Shown here: positions 35,330 through 47,689 of the stretch, piece after piece
Layout of the letters: every line of letters starts with the position of its first letter
How positions within the stretch are numbered: position 1 is the first letter of the stretch
DNA from: Lama glama
Lineage: Eukaryota
NCBI GenBank assembly: GCA_028534125.1
Contig: CM052816.1
Coordinates: forward strand, 101,556,001-101,620,000
Direction: 5' to 3'
Length of the DNA: 64,000 bases
The notes under the pieces: model-generated
What the model saw: only the letters and a program-made list of their open reading frames with translations
Database searches by the model: none
Told to the model about the DNA's origin: nothing
Program-made: the position numbers and the translations under genes

Positions 35330-37300
35330 ATTTTGGAGATAGTGCTTTTTGGTCTTGGTTAAGAACTCTTACACCTGAAGATCTACCAGAGAGTCTTCTA
35401 TACTTTGTGCCAAAAGTGTTAAATTTTTTATTTTGAGACCAGAGTCCTTATTCTGCTGTTTGTTTGTATGAAACGAGGCAGGGGTCCAGGTTCACCTCTT
35501 CCTGCAGGATTTCTGCCCTTTCCAGCTTCATTTATGTTTTGGGGAGTTTTTCGTTTTTGTCTTGTTTACACCGCCACAGACCACAGAGGGCTGCGCAGAT
35601 GAGGGGGCCTGTGTGAGCCCAGCTTCATTTATGTTTCAAGTAATTACCAGCAAGGACTTACTTCTGCCAACAGCTGTCTGTATTCTGCAGGTTTTCTGTG
35701 TGTTCTCTGTTCCTCAGCCCCTGCGTTGCTGGCTCTCTGTATTTAGCTGAACTTTGTTCCGTGCCATTTTGAGTCCCTTCTCCTTTCCCTTTCTGTGCAT
35801 TTTTGTGCATTCTCAGCGGTTGCTTTGAGGCATATAAGTAACATCTTAAATTTACAGCAGCCGCTCTCAACAGCAGCGGCTTAGTTTCAACAGCACAGAC
35901 ACTGCCCCCAACAACCCGGCCCTCCTGCCATGGAGAGCGCCACACCGTGCGCCATGAACAGAGACGTGTAGTTGCGCCATGCATGTAAGTCACATGGAGG
36001 GGGTGTCACCAGAGAAAAGCACACTGCCACCGGCTTAGGCATTGACCTGTGCAGGCACCTTGCCGGGCTCGCCACCGCTTCTGTGGCTCTGAGTTGCCGC
36101 CCAGTGTCTGCATTTCAGCCTGAAGACTCTGGAGGGCCGTGTGAGCCGTGCAAGCCCCTTCAGCGTCTCTGTAGGGCGGGTCTGCTGGTGGTCAGCCCCC
36201 TCAGCTTTTGTGTACTGGAGACTGTCTGAGTTTCTCCATCATTCTTAAAAGATCGTTGTCTGGGGTGCTGGAATCTTGGTTGGCGGGCGTTTTTCCTCCA
36301 GGACTTCTGCGGTGGCACGCCCTGCCTGCCGGCCTCCGTGGAAGCTGCCCAGCAGTCGGCTGTTGGTCATGCTGGAGGTCTCCTGCCTGAGTTAGCTGCT
36401 TCTCTTGCTGCTTTCAGAATCCCCTCTTTAGGGTAAGAATCCGGCTGTTGCGAATCTGTGTGGATTGTCTGAGTTTGTCTTGCTTGGCGTTTGTTAAGCT
36501 TCTTGAATCTGTAGATTCATGGTTTTTAAAAATCGGATTTGGGAAGTTTTCAGCCATTATTTCTTCAGCTATTCTTCTGCTCTGTCCCGGGACCCCCACA
36601 ATGTGTGTGCTGCGCCCCTGGGTGGAGGCCGTGGGTCTGCCAGGCTCCGCGCACCTGCCTCCATTCTTCCTCTGTGTGGTCAGAACGGAATGGGTGACTT
36701 CCGTTGTCATCCGGTTTCTGACCCTCTTTTCTGCCCGCTCATGTCTGTTGTGCTTCTGTAGTGAACTTTTTGTTTCAGTGTTTGTGCTTCTCAGCTCCAG
36801 GGTTGGTTTGGCTTCTTTGCACGCTGCCCGCCTCTTTGCTGCTCCCCTCCTCTGTCCGTGCTCCGGTCTCCTTGTTTCCTTTAGCCCTGTATCTGTGATG
36901 CCCCCCGGCTTCCAGAGCGTGTTTAAGACTCTAAAGCTGATTTAATGTCTTTGTTAATTTGGGAGTCTAGGCTTCCTGTCTCTTTGTATGTTTTATGGCT
37001 TTTTGTTGGTAACTGGACATCCTGAGTCTGGCAATGTGGTGGCTCTGGTAACGGACCCTCTCACTCCTCAAGTGTTACAGGTTGTTGCCTGTTGAGGGCT
37101 GGAACTGTGTGTTTGTGACTTTTCCAAACTGCTTTGGCAAAATGCGTATTTTGTGTCACTGAAATTTCTCTTCCATTATCCCTGTGGTCAGCCAGTGACC
37201 TGACAAAGATTTCCTTAAATGTTTGGCTGCAAACAAAGGGGGAAAGATTCTGTCTCTTTACACATTCCAGTAGATGGCACGGAGGGAAGCTGCTGCCACC
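35330..37300 (-). mobile_element. Mosaic of old antisense L1 (L1M) fragments
   Basis: GTTAAGCTTCTTGAATCTGTAGATTCATGG and TTTGGGAAGTTTTCAGCCATTATTTCTTC, among other phrases. Boundaries approximate. Confidence 0.65.
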
Positions 37301-38763
37301 AAGGAGGCCAAAACCTAGGCAGGCGCCTGTGCCCACCGTTGGGGCAAGGCCGGGCCAGCCAAAGCTCACAGCCTCAAACCCCCACAGTGCAGAGTCCCCA
37401 GTGGTCGCCTCAGCCAGCCGCTCCCCGCGCAGCTGCAGCAGGGCTCGAGGGCCGGGGCGGGGTCTCCGTCCCCCCAGATGCTCCAGGACTGATCGGGCTC
37501 CCAAGCGAGACACAGTGGTCGTTGCTCCTTTAGGCAGCATGGTCGCTCAGTGGAGGGCCGGCCTCTGAAGCCGCCCGCCGCACCCCTGTCCTAAGGTAAA
37601 ATGGCGCTGCATCGTGGCGCACGTGGAGCACACCCCCTCAGCACGCCGTCTTCTGCCCGTCCTCCCTGCTGCTCCTGCCAGGCTCGTCACCTGCTTCGCT
37701 CCCCTCACCATCAGAACCCTTCAGGCTGCTGTGGCGGGGCCTCGGCCCCCCTTTCCTTCTGGAGCCCCCCGTTCCTGCGTGTGTTTCCCTCCCACGTCCG
37801 CCCCGAGGTTACCGCTCCCGCCGCTTTCCTCTGGGGGCAGACGCTCTGTGGCTCCTGCAGATCCAGAAAGCCTGTCGCAGCGCCCAGCGCCCCGCTGCTC
37901 AGCCCGCGGGTGACCCGGCGCGCTGGCCACGGGAGCCGCGCCCAGCCCCGGGGCTCCGTGAGGGCCTCTCGTGCCTCCACAGCACCTGCCTCCGACCACG
38001 TCTCTCTGGGCCCGTTTCTTTCTCCTCTTCGGGGAGTTGTCATTTCTGGCCCAGCAAGGGTTTCCCTTCTACTTTCCCCGTGAAGTTATATTTTTACTCA
38101 TTTATGTATCTGTTTACCTCTCAACTATAAATCTTAGGTGTTGGATCAAGGAAGGGAGTCACACCATATTGCAAATGTGCTGTTTTGGTAACGACGTCTC
38201 CTAGTGACGTTTTTCCCTCTAGGTCTTGCAAAACTTCCAGAGAAAAACCTTGCCTAGTCCCAGCCGCTGGTTCATGCCACACACAACACTGAGAGTAGAA
38301 GTACCGTCCCTGGCCCTTCAGCGAGTCTGGCAAGAACTCTGGTCACCTCTCCTGTCTGCGAGCGGGCGCCAGTCCGCTGGGTCAGGGCGGCACAGGGCAA
38401 GGAGCAGAATGCTCGCGTTCAGATGTGGGTGAGAAACACTGGGGCTTCCTGGTAGCCAGAACTCAGCACCATCAAGCGGCTGTGTGGAGAAGGTACCCTC
38501 ACTTCCCTCCGTTTTGGTGCCCCACCTACACGCCAGGCGAAGCGCTGGTGTCTGTCCTGACGCACACGCAGACAGAAAGCCGGCACCCTTCCCCCAGTGC
38601 AGCACACAGAGACGGGCGTTCTGAGAGGTGCGGTGCTGCCTGCGTCCCGTCGGGGAGAGGCAGGTCTGTCTTTCTCCACGACGCCTTCTTGCCGCCACGT
38701 CGTCCCCTCTGGCCGTATGACGAAAACCGCATTGCATCTTCCCAATTATTCCTCTTTCTGTAG

Positions 38764-38839
38764 GTTGCAAGGGATCAACAACAGGAAACAGGGCAGACGG
38801 CAGCCGGAGAGCCTGCTGAAAATGAAGTGTTCGCTTCAG
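38764..38839 (+). CDS. ZDHHC11: ZDHHC11 penultimate coding exon (candidate exon 11)
   Basis: Strong acceptor TTCCTCTTTCTGTAG|G and donor CAG|GTAAGA, 76 nt. The phase-0 reading VARDQQQETGQTAAGEPAENEVFAS(G) resembles the human terminal LQQETTEPMKTDSAESED (recalled). The phase-2 frame is also open. Confidence 0.7.
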
Positions 38840-40199
38840 GTAAGACATTCTGTAGTCTGGGTCATTTGAGAGCTGCTCAAGTTTGATTCTCTAGAGAGTT
38901 AGATGTTTGCTAAAGAAATAGGAGGAGAGAGAGAAATCACCGTGGAAAGTCAGGGCTGGAGGCTTGTCTCCGTGATGTGCAGGACACACTCGAGCTCACC
39001 GGATGGTCAGCAGCCAGCTCCCCGACGCCCTGCGTGTTTGCCCTGCCCCCCCACCCAGTGCCAGGAAGCTGGGCCCAGGAGGTGGAGCTGGACGCCCACT
39101 GAAGCACCCGCCTGCAGGCGTCTGCACCTCACCGAGGGCTGCTCTGGGCGTCCTCCCGCGCGGCCACCAGTCTGGGCTCTGGATCCCGATGAGGGACGGG
39201 GACCACGCAGAGCAAGGGAGCCTGACCTTCAGCTGAGACAAGAGGCCCAGCGTGCAGCATGCGTGCTCAGAGTTGGTGCCGCCGTGGCCCGCCTGCCAGA
39301 GCTTCGAGTAGTCTCAGGCAGAGTGTTCGTCGCTGGCATGTCTTCATCCTGCCAGACCGCTTTTGAGATGGTGCCACTCAGCTTTTAAACAACGGACGTC
39401 CGGGACGATGACGTTCCTTCAGGGCACACAAGGCGCTTCTGGAGGGCGGACGTCTTCTCAGCGCACCTGCGATGTGGGACTCGAAGACTCCGACTGCTGG
39501 GAAGGAGACGGAGTCTCGGCTTGACTCTGACGTAAGTCCATGTAAGGTGGACTACAAGGGCCACGAGGTGCGGACGGCTTAAACGAGAGGGAGAGGAGCA
39601 GAGATGGAACAATGGAGTCTGCAAGTTGATTACTGGGACGTTCACGCTCTGGACAAAGCGCCGGGGTGTGGGAGGGAGGCGATGGTGAACTGCCAGGCAG
39701 TGAGGGATTCTCAGGCCGGGGACGGCGGCAAAGAGGAAGCCCAGAGAGAACCCCAGGGCACCTGCCAGCCTGCTGCCCTCGGTTTTCACAGATGCACAGG
39801 AGGCCAGTTCAGAGCCAAAGATGGGGTCAGTTGTCCTATAAAACTGGGACCCCCAAATGACTGTATCCCACTGTGGAGGTGAACCAGAGGGACCCAGTTC
39901 TGTACCCACAAAGGACACAGCAATAACCGGCCGCCTCAAACCTTGGAGGTGAGCGGAAAAGAGAACAGTCACTGCTGACTGCAGGGAACCCCAGGCTGTC
40001 CCCGGCTCTGCGGCATGCGGGTGGTCCCACAGACCTCCCAGCTGAGACCTGACACAGAGGGAGCCAGGCCCAGCCCCCTGGGAGCCAGGCCGAGCCTGTC
40101 CGAGGAACCACCAAGAATCACAAACAGAAGTACACGAGAATGAGCAGCTTCAATGAAAAGTGACTGACCACACATGGGAACAAAGCCCTTGAGTGAGGC

Positions 40200-40800
40200 C
40201 AGCAGAAACACAGCAGAAACAGACACACAGAGACTTCAGGCCGGAGGCCGCAGATGGAAGCGCAACGTGACTATGACGATTTTCTTTAGAGAAACGAAAG
40301 GCAAAGTTTAGAATATCTGGAGAGAACAGGAGAACGTTTTAAATGACCACTTTTGAAAAAGGACTGAGTAAAACACACAGAAATGCAAAGAATATCCCTG
40401 AAATGTACAAATTGACTGATGGACTCGACAGCGCAGCAGCCACGGCTGGAAACAGACCCGGTGAGAACGGCCGCCGAGGACCCTGCCGGAGTCGGTGCGC
40501 CGGGACCAAGACGCGCCGAACAGGAGGAGGAGGGCCGGCCGAGGGCGAAGGCTGTGCTTCCCGCCAGCCAAGCCCCAGAGAGAGGAGAGGGAAGGCTGGG
40601 GAGGGGCAATCTTTAAAGAGACGATGGCTGAGAGTTTGCCAACACCGTCGTCGGGTACAAATTAAAGTAAATAAAATTCTAGACATACCATGAACAAACT
40701 GGCAAAAGGAAGGAAACTTTAAAATATCTAGTGACAGATTATCTTCCAAGGAGTCATTCACGAACTGACCTCGCTCATCCTAATGGAGGCCAGAGCAAGG
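40200..40800 (+). mobile_element. L1 ORF1-region remnant
   Basis: A-rich, with GGCTGAGAGTTTGCCAA...AAAATTCTAGACATACCATG...AAACT. Degraded. Confidence 0.5.
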
Positions 40801-41683
40801 CTGAGCCGCACCTTGAGCAGCGTGCTGGGGGGGCCTCGGCAGCAACACCCCACCGCCGAGCCTGGTCGGAGTGAGGGTCACACGGACGTTTCCACACGTG
40901 AGTCACGAGTGTTAGGGGAAATGGACAACAGCACGCCTAGAAAACGAGTCACTGGGAGTAACTCTGACAGAAGACGCACAGGACCCGTGGAGAAGTTACA
41001 AAGCTCAAGGGTGCTTTCCAGAGGGGCCGTGTTGCGCTCACCGAGAGCAGGCGGCGTCGCAGACCCAGGCCTACCAGACGGGCGGATGCGGCCTCCATGC
41101 CCTGGGGAGGAGGAAACGGGAGGGGGCTGTGGTTTCATCTGTGATGGTGAAAAACGGGCGGAAAACAGCAAAGCTGTTAAGAGAGGCTGGCTGCGTGTGC
41201 GAGGCGCACTGGATGTGTGTGACAGCGGAGGGAAGGCTGCCCGCGTGCTCACCTGTTGGCCACGGAGGTGGGAGGGGACGTGACCAGAGAGGATGCACAG
41301 GGTCCCCACCCGGGGCTCCTAACCTGGGCTGTCACTCCTTCATTTTTCTCTGATGTGGTGAAAGTTTTTATACTTCGCAATGAGGGTCGTGGGGACCCTC
41401 GGCTGCTGTGACTAGGGTTGGGCGGGGGGAGCCGGGCTGGGGAGGAGGGTGCTCCAAGCCCCAGCTGCGAGTGGGCTCCATGTGGGACCCCAGGTGCTCT
41501 CCTGGGGCCCGAGCCGGGAGCCAGCCCCACCTCCCAGTGAGAGGGCCGGGCAAGAGGTGCAGGAGCGCCTGCCAGTCTTTGCGGGAAGGCCAGCCGTGCG
41601 CTGTGGCCGTGGGGGCTCCATGCTGTTTGCCCCCTGCGCCCCTCCCTCCTAGGTGCCCATGGTCACAGTTCCTTTACCCACAG

Positions 41684-41928
41684 GAGCTGAGGGGCCTGCA
41701 CTGGCCGAGTGCCCCATCCAGGAGCCCCTCTCCTCCGAGATCCCGTCTGGGGAGTCGGCCCCGGAAAACCTCCCACTCCCGCAGTCGCTGCAGGACGGCA
41801 ACCAGGATGTGCAGCCCCTGAGGCCCCAGGATGCCCTCCCTGGACGCCAGGAGTGCTGGGTGCTGGAGACCACCGTCATCTATATGCCCAAGCTGGAGGA
41901 GGAGCAGGCCATCCAGGAGACGCCCTGA
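41684..41928 (+). CDS. ZDHHC11: ZDHHC11 terminal coding exon (candidate)
   Basis: Acceptor TTCCTTTACCCACAG|GA, phase 1, matching 38839. Encodes (G)AEGPALAECPIQEPLSSEIPSGESAPENLPLPQSLQDGNQDVQPLRPQDALPGRQECWVLETTVIYMPKLEEEQAIQETP*. The 12-exon CDS sums to 1461 nt (486 aa plus stop). An alternative phase-0 acceptor lies at 41652/41653. Confidence 0.55.
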
Positions 41929-42585
41929 GGACAGTCAGAGCCTGAGCAGGAGGCGGCTCTGTGGGCCACCCGGCCGGCCCAGGGCCTGCGGGCCGCTCGG
42001 GGGGAGTGTGGGATTGAGATGACCTCTCTCATCCGTCAGGAGCAGGGCTGCCCCCTCCAGGGGGCCACCAAGCCTGGGGACACTACCGCCTTCACCGTGA
42101 TCGTGATGCTCGAGGACTCGGAGGAGCCCAGGGACGGGCCCCCTCTGGGCGTTTAGAGCAAGTTCGTCCCCCAAGACCCCCAGGAAGCCCCCCCCGCAGA
42201 GCTGGCCCGGCTTCCGCTTGGAGGCAGAGATGCTGGGCACCTGACGCCCGCCTTCAGACGCCGCCTGCACAGGGCCTCACGCTCTTCCTAAGCCGGGGAA
42301 GAGGAGGGAACAGAGCCCCACTCCGGTTTGGGCCGCTTGGAAAGGTCTGAACGAGCTCTGCGTCTCACTCGCTTCGGAAGCTGTGCTTTAGCGGCAGCGC
42401 AGGTTCCTGATCACGTCTCTTGTTCCAGAAGGAGAGCGGAGTCGAGGCGGGCGGGGTGCAGTGTCTTCACTTTCATTGATTGTCCGTGTTGATAATGGTG
42501 ATGAATTTAAGTAGCTTTAAAGAAAATCCTTCAGAATTCCTTAGTCACAGTTTTATAGCAAATCATAAAACTGAATTGTAATGGC

Positions 42586-42591
42586 AATAAA
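42586..42591 (+). terminator. Polyadenylation signal AATAAA (ZDHHC11)
   Basis: Canonical hexamer about 660 nt after the candidate stop. It is preceded by an AU-rich UTR with TGTA and followed by T/GT-rich sequence. Confidence 0.7.
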
Positions 42592-44099
42592 CTTGAACTC
42601 AGTCTTGGTAGACTTTAAGTCCTTGCTTCCGGCAGAGGGCTGTCGGTGAGCCGGGCTCAGACCTCTTGGGTCCTGCACACCCGAGCCGCCCAGTGCTGGG
42701 CTCTGAAGCCCGGTGTGAGCAGGCCTGGGTCTGGGCCAGGCCAGTCCCCAGGTGGGAGCGGCCCCAGCCTCGTAACCGCCACTTCCCTGCCCCCAGCTGG
42801 CCAGGCTCTCGCCTACACTGGGTCACCACAGGCGGTGCCCTGATGGGCCCAGTGGCAGCCACACTCTGGTGCCACCATGGTCACGCTTGCTATGACCATG
42901 CTTCCTGGAGCAGGTGGCCCTGGGGCAGGCTCCTTAACATTCCCGTTTCCTCCTCCGTGGGCTACGTGAGCTACGTGGTAATGATGTCTGCTTCCCAGAG
43001 GCCTGACCCTGCAGGCCCACCTGTGTGGTCCCTCGTCAGGTGAGCACACGTGGTCGAACACCAGTAGACCCTTGGCCTCACCTGCTCACTCCCATGATCT
43101 TCTTCAGTCGCTGAGTCTGTCTCCAGGTCCTTCCTCCTGACAGCCGTGTTCTCCCTTGGGGACCACCAGGAAGACCCCCGTGGGCCCTTGGGCCTCTCCA
43201 GGGTGAGCCAGCCCTCCTGCAGCCCCGCCCCACCCTCCCTGTCCCCATCAACGTGGTCAGTGGGCCCTGCCTCCAAGCTGGAGGCTGCTGACCCCTCCTG
43301 CCTGCCTCCTGGGGCACCCACCCCACACCTGCTCCCTGCCCACCCCCAGCCCCCTCTGCCTTCCTCCACTGGGGCAGGGTCCCTCTGGGCTGCTGGCTGC
43401 ACTCTGGCTCCTGCCCCAGTCCCAGCCCCCTAAGTCTGCAGAGACCCGGTCCCCCCGGACCTGCTAGTGGACCTGCTGTCACCCAAGTGACTTGACTGGA
43501 TTGTGGTCACAGGAGCGGCCTTGGCTGCACGCATAAGAAAGTCCATGTGGGCTCCTGGGGGAACCCAGCCTCTCACCTGACCTCGACCTGAAGAAAGGCG
43601 AGCCTCCAGCATCCGGGGGGGATGGTCTCTGCCTCCCACTCAAGCCCAGAAACCAGACGGCCCCCTAGTAGGAAGCAGGTTCAGAAGCTGGAAAGCACTG
43701 ACCAAAGGATGGCCCACCTGAGTCACGGATTCGAACTAAGACCCGCAAGCGAGACACGAAGGAAGGGTTTCCAGGCTGCAGGATGGAGGCTTCACTTGCT
43801 AAAAATTGCTTTTTTTTCATTTTTCAGTTTTATTAGGTAGAATTGTTACACTTTGCACATATATAGTGTATTGTATGTAAACACATGTGTGCAACACATG
43901 CACATACTTGTTTCCGTTTACATACGTGTGCTGTTCATTGTTTCTAAGAACAGTTTAGATCTTTAGCTTTTTAAAAAAAACTTACTTAGTCATCAAAGGA
44001 ATAAAGCCAACAACAAAATAAGGATCAACAGAATGCGGTGATCCAATTATAACGGACAGTCAGATGTGCTTCACATGTTCAAGAAATCAGTCATCTAAG

Positions 44100-44315
44100 T
44101 TACAAATAATTAGTTCATTTGTGTCCCTTTTTTCAGATTCCAGATACAGTGATGTCACATGGCACTTGTCTCTCTCTGGCTCACTTCACCTAGAATGATG
44201 ATCTCCAGGTCCATGCATGTTGCTGCAAATGGCATTACTTTACTCTTTTTCATGGCTGAGTAGGATTCCATGTGTATGTATACCACAGCTTCCCCATCCA
44301 GTCATCTGTTGATGA
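44100..44315 (-). mobile_element. Relatively young L1 3' fragment, antisense
   Basis: TTCAGATTCCAGATACAGTGAT...CACTTCACCTAGAATGATGATCTCCAGGTCCATGCATGTTGCTGCAAATGGCATTA...CCAGTCATCTGTTGATG is a well-preserved L1MA/L1_Art-type segment. Confidence 0.8.
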
Positions 44316-44639
44316 AAAAATGCATTTTTATGGCATCCTCAGTTAAAGAAAGTAAGAAAATCGTCAAGAAACTAGAGAAAGAAAGTGAGCTTGGAGGTAA
44401 AGCATGAGCACACAGAAGGATGGGGCTTCTTTGAAACCAGGCCTTGAACCAAAAGCAGAGCTGACTGTAAGAGTCCAAGGCTAACTCAGGGACTCCGGCA
44501 GAAATGAGCTGAACTAAGGTTAAGAGCTTACATCTCGTAGACTTCTAGGCTTCAGAGTTTAAGATCGATCAAAATAAGCTCGCGAACAAAGACCACAAAG
44601 AAAACACACCAATGTGAGTGGGAGTCAAAGGAAACAATA

Positions 44640-45420
44640 AAGGAAGTTTAGGCCCAGAAGCTTCTGGTCTGGAACTGGAAATACAGAATATTCCATAGGA
44701 TGCATGATACATTTAAATGCAGGAAGACCCCGAGAATGAGCCACAAGAAGGCTTTCTACGTGTCAGGAAGGTACGTAAGAGACCCAAACAGCTTTCAGGA
44801 ATAAATACACCTGTTAAATTAAACTTAACAGCTAAATTAAACAGCAGATTAAACACAGATGAAGAAAGAATGATTAAACTGGAAAGTAATCCTCAGAAAT
44901 TACTCAGAAAGCAGACGCAGGAGAGAGGGTGAGAGATGGACAGCATGAAGGAGAGGTTAAGCACTGGAGGACAGAATGGGGCCTAAGACGAGTCTGGATG
45001 GAGACCAGGGAGACAAGAGACTGTCGGGGGGATTCTAAGAGATGCTGTGGGTGTTTCCCTGAAATTACACGGCATGACGAGCAGGTGCAGGAGGCGTCAT
45101 CTATAACCAGCTGCACAGATAAGAAAGCCACTCCTGCACATCTTGTAGGGAGAGGCAGACACCACAGACAGTGTGACTTTAAAGGCCATCAGACGGAACA
45201 TCACCTACAGAGGAAGAGCTGACGGACAGCAGCCTTCTCGATGGTGAAAACAGAAGGAGCGGTGCACATGTGACAGAAAGTAGCTGTCAGCCTGGACACG
45301 TGTACCCAGCAACGTCTCTTTAGGAAAAAGAGCAAACCCCACATTTTTAGACAAATAAAAGCTCAGTTACCACCAACAAATCTGCACTAAGGGGACTTTG
45401 CAAAGATAAAAACCAAGAAG
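44640..45420 (+). mobile_element. L1 ORF1 remnant
   Basis: AACAGCAGATTAAACACAGATGAAGAAAGAATGATTAAACTGGAA... is coiled-coil ORF1-like A-rich sequence. Confidence 0.6.
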
Positions 45421-45799
45421 GAACAGATGCAGAGCAAACATTGACAGAAGCCACAGGGACGCTGGAGAAGTGCTTTCAACACACCCCTCACCCGCATCAG
45501 GCCCCTGGATTGCGAAAGGAGCGAAAATGCAGATTTGGACAACACAGCGAATGAGCCGGGTCCACCAGGCGTCTGCGGGACACTGGACTCCCTTTTTAGG
45601 AAGTGTGCCCTCTCCTCAGGCACGCGAGTGGGGCCGTTTCCCAAAGCAGAGCCTGCGTAAGCCTGCCATCCGGGCGCAGGTGGGCTGTGTCCCCCGCACC
45701 TGCCCCACTGCCCTTGCTGCTTCCACAGTCCGTGCTGAGCAGGGTGGCTGGGACACCATGCTGAGTGTCCCCCACGGTCCTTGTGTCCGGGGTTCCTCG

Positions 45800-46420
45800 A
45801 GCTGCTTGCACCTGTGGTTTACAGTTTACATCAAATTTGGAAACATTCTGGCCATTGTTTCCTCTAGCATTTTTTCTGCACCCCCAACCCTAATATTTTC
45901 TCCTCCTCTTCGAGGACTTGGATTAAACATGTAGGCAGTGGCAGCTATCCCTCAGATCCCTGATGGTTTTTTAAAAATTCTCTTCTCTCTGCTTCACTCT
46001 GGGTAGCTGCATTGCTATGCTTCTTCAGTGCCTAATCTGCCAGGCATCCTGGTCAGTGTGTTTTTCTCATCTCAAACCTTGTAGTTTTTATCTCCATGAA
46101 TTTTTTTTCCGTAGGGGGAGGTAATTCAGTTATGTCTTTCTTTAGTCTTAGAGAAGGTCCTAGGGATTGAACCCGGTACCTCGTGCATGCTAAGCATGCG
46201 ATCTGACTGCATGGATTTAATCTACGGTGATCTCTCCCATGTCTCTCACTCACTCTTAGCACATGTGGAATAAGTCATAATTCTGTCTTATTGCCCTGTG
46301 TCAGTTCTGGGTTTGCTTCAAATTAGAACTATCTTCTCATGATAGGTCTTTTTTTTTGCTTCTTTGCACACCTACTAGTGCCGATGCACTATGTGGTGAT
46401 CACATTTACCCTTGGGCCCT
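45800..46420 (-). mobile_element. Old L1 (L1MC-like) antisense fragment, interrupted by a SINE
   Basis: CATCAAATTTGGAAACATTCTGGCCATTGTTTCCTCTAG...TCTTCAGTGCCTAATCTGCC. Confidence 0.6.
46101..46203 (-). mobile_element. Camelid Vic-1-like SINE, 5'-truncated
   Basis: GGGGGAGGTAATT...TAGGGATTGAACCCGGTACCTCGTGCATGCTAAGCATGC is the reverse complement of the tRNA-Ala-like B-box region and the SINE tail. Confidence 0.78.
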
Positions 46421-46800
46421 AGGTATTTCTATTTTCTCACACGTTTTCTTGAAGATCGGTCTGAGACGCAGCCTGGCCTCTGTGCCTTGCTGCTGAGAAG
46501 TGTAGGCAAGCCCAGGACAGAGCTCAGACTGCAGCTGATCACCCCTCCTACGGAGCGGTCCCCTTGCACAGGTTTTGAAAAATGGATTAAATGCTCACCT
46601 CATGGCTAACACAACAAGGGGAACTTAACAGTGAGCAGTATTTCTCGTTATTTCATTTGCATTGTTAGTAGTAACTTCCAGGCGACGGTGCTGCTCAGAG
46701 CCGTGTGGGACAGCGAAGGCACAGCCCAGCTTCAACCTCGTCAGGACCGCCAGTCATGGGGAGCAGGACTCTGTTTTCCCTGTTTTTCCGACTCGAGGAT

Positions 46801-46945
46801 TTTGTGTTTTGTTTTTGTTCGTTTTTTAAATTTTTTTTCTGGTGGAGGAGGTAATTAAGTTTATTTTTAGGGGAGGCACTGGGGACTGAGCGCAGGACCT
46901 CCCCCATGCTGCACGTGTGCTCTACCGCTGAGCTACACTCCGCCC
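46801..46945 (-). mobile_element. Camelid Vic-1-like SINE
   Basis: T-rich tail, GGAGGAGGTAATTAAGTTTATT and GCTCTACCGCTGAGCTACACTCC (A-box, reverse complement). Flanked by CCGACTC at 46788 and 46947 (candidate TSD). Confidence 0.75.
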
Positions 46946-47689
46946 ACCGACTCTAGAGTTGTGGACTTGCCTGCTTTCCGGAGTGTGCAACTTTCCAGGG
47001 AACGAGAATTAGAAGCCTAACTTGAGCCAGTTTTGTGCAGAAGTAGAAGCCAGAGGGGTTGAGTGGAAGGCACTGGGACCAGGACCACATTGGTGTTGGT
47101 GGCGTGAGCCTGCTCATCCTTGGTTCCCGAAGAGTCAGGAAAACCCGTCCTCACGGACAGCAGCACGCATGGCCCCTTCTCTGGTTCAGCTCTCCAGCTT
47201 CCTCTGCTGCCTTCGCCGGGCTCCCTGGCTTGGCTGGAATCTTGGGCGTAGACAGGAGCTGCTGCCGGCACTTCTGATTCAGATGAGATCTGGGAGCAGG
47301 GCCAGGTACAGGGTGGGGGCCCGGTCCCTGCAGCCAGGACCGAGGACAGAGCCTGCAAGAATGCTGCGGGGTTGGTGGTGGTGGGTGGGCTCTGCAGCTG
47401 GGAGGGGAGGGCAGCCTCCACAGGAGGGGGTCCTGGAGGATAAAGAGGGAGGCCCTGCGCCCCAAGTCCCAGCTCTCAGCATCAGTCCCTCCCGTCAGCC
47501 CAGCCCCAGAACCTTCCGCTGAGCAACCTCCTGCCCAAGGATGGGACACTCCCTCGCGGCGCAGAGCCTGCCTGGTGGGGAGGGGCAGCAGGTGTCCAGA
47601 GAAAAGAGAGGAGAAAAGGGAAGAGACAGGACTGCGGTTTTCTCACGGGTGACCCGCGGAGGCCCATGTCGTACACAGGACTGCAGGCC

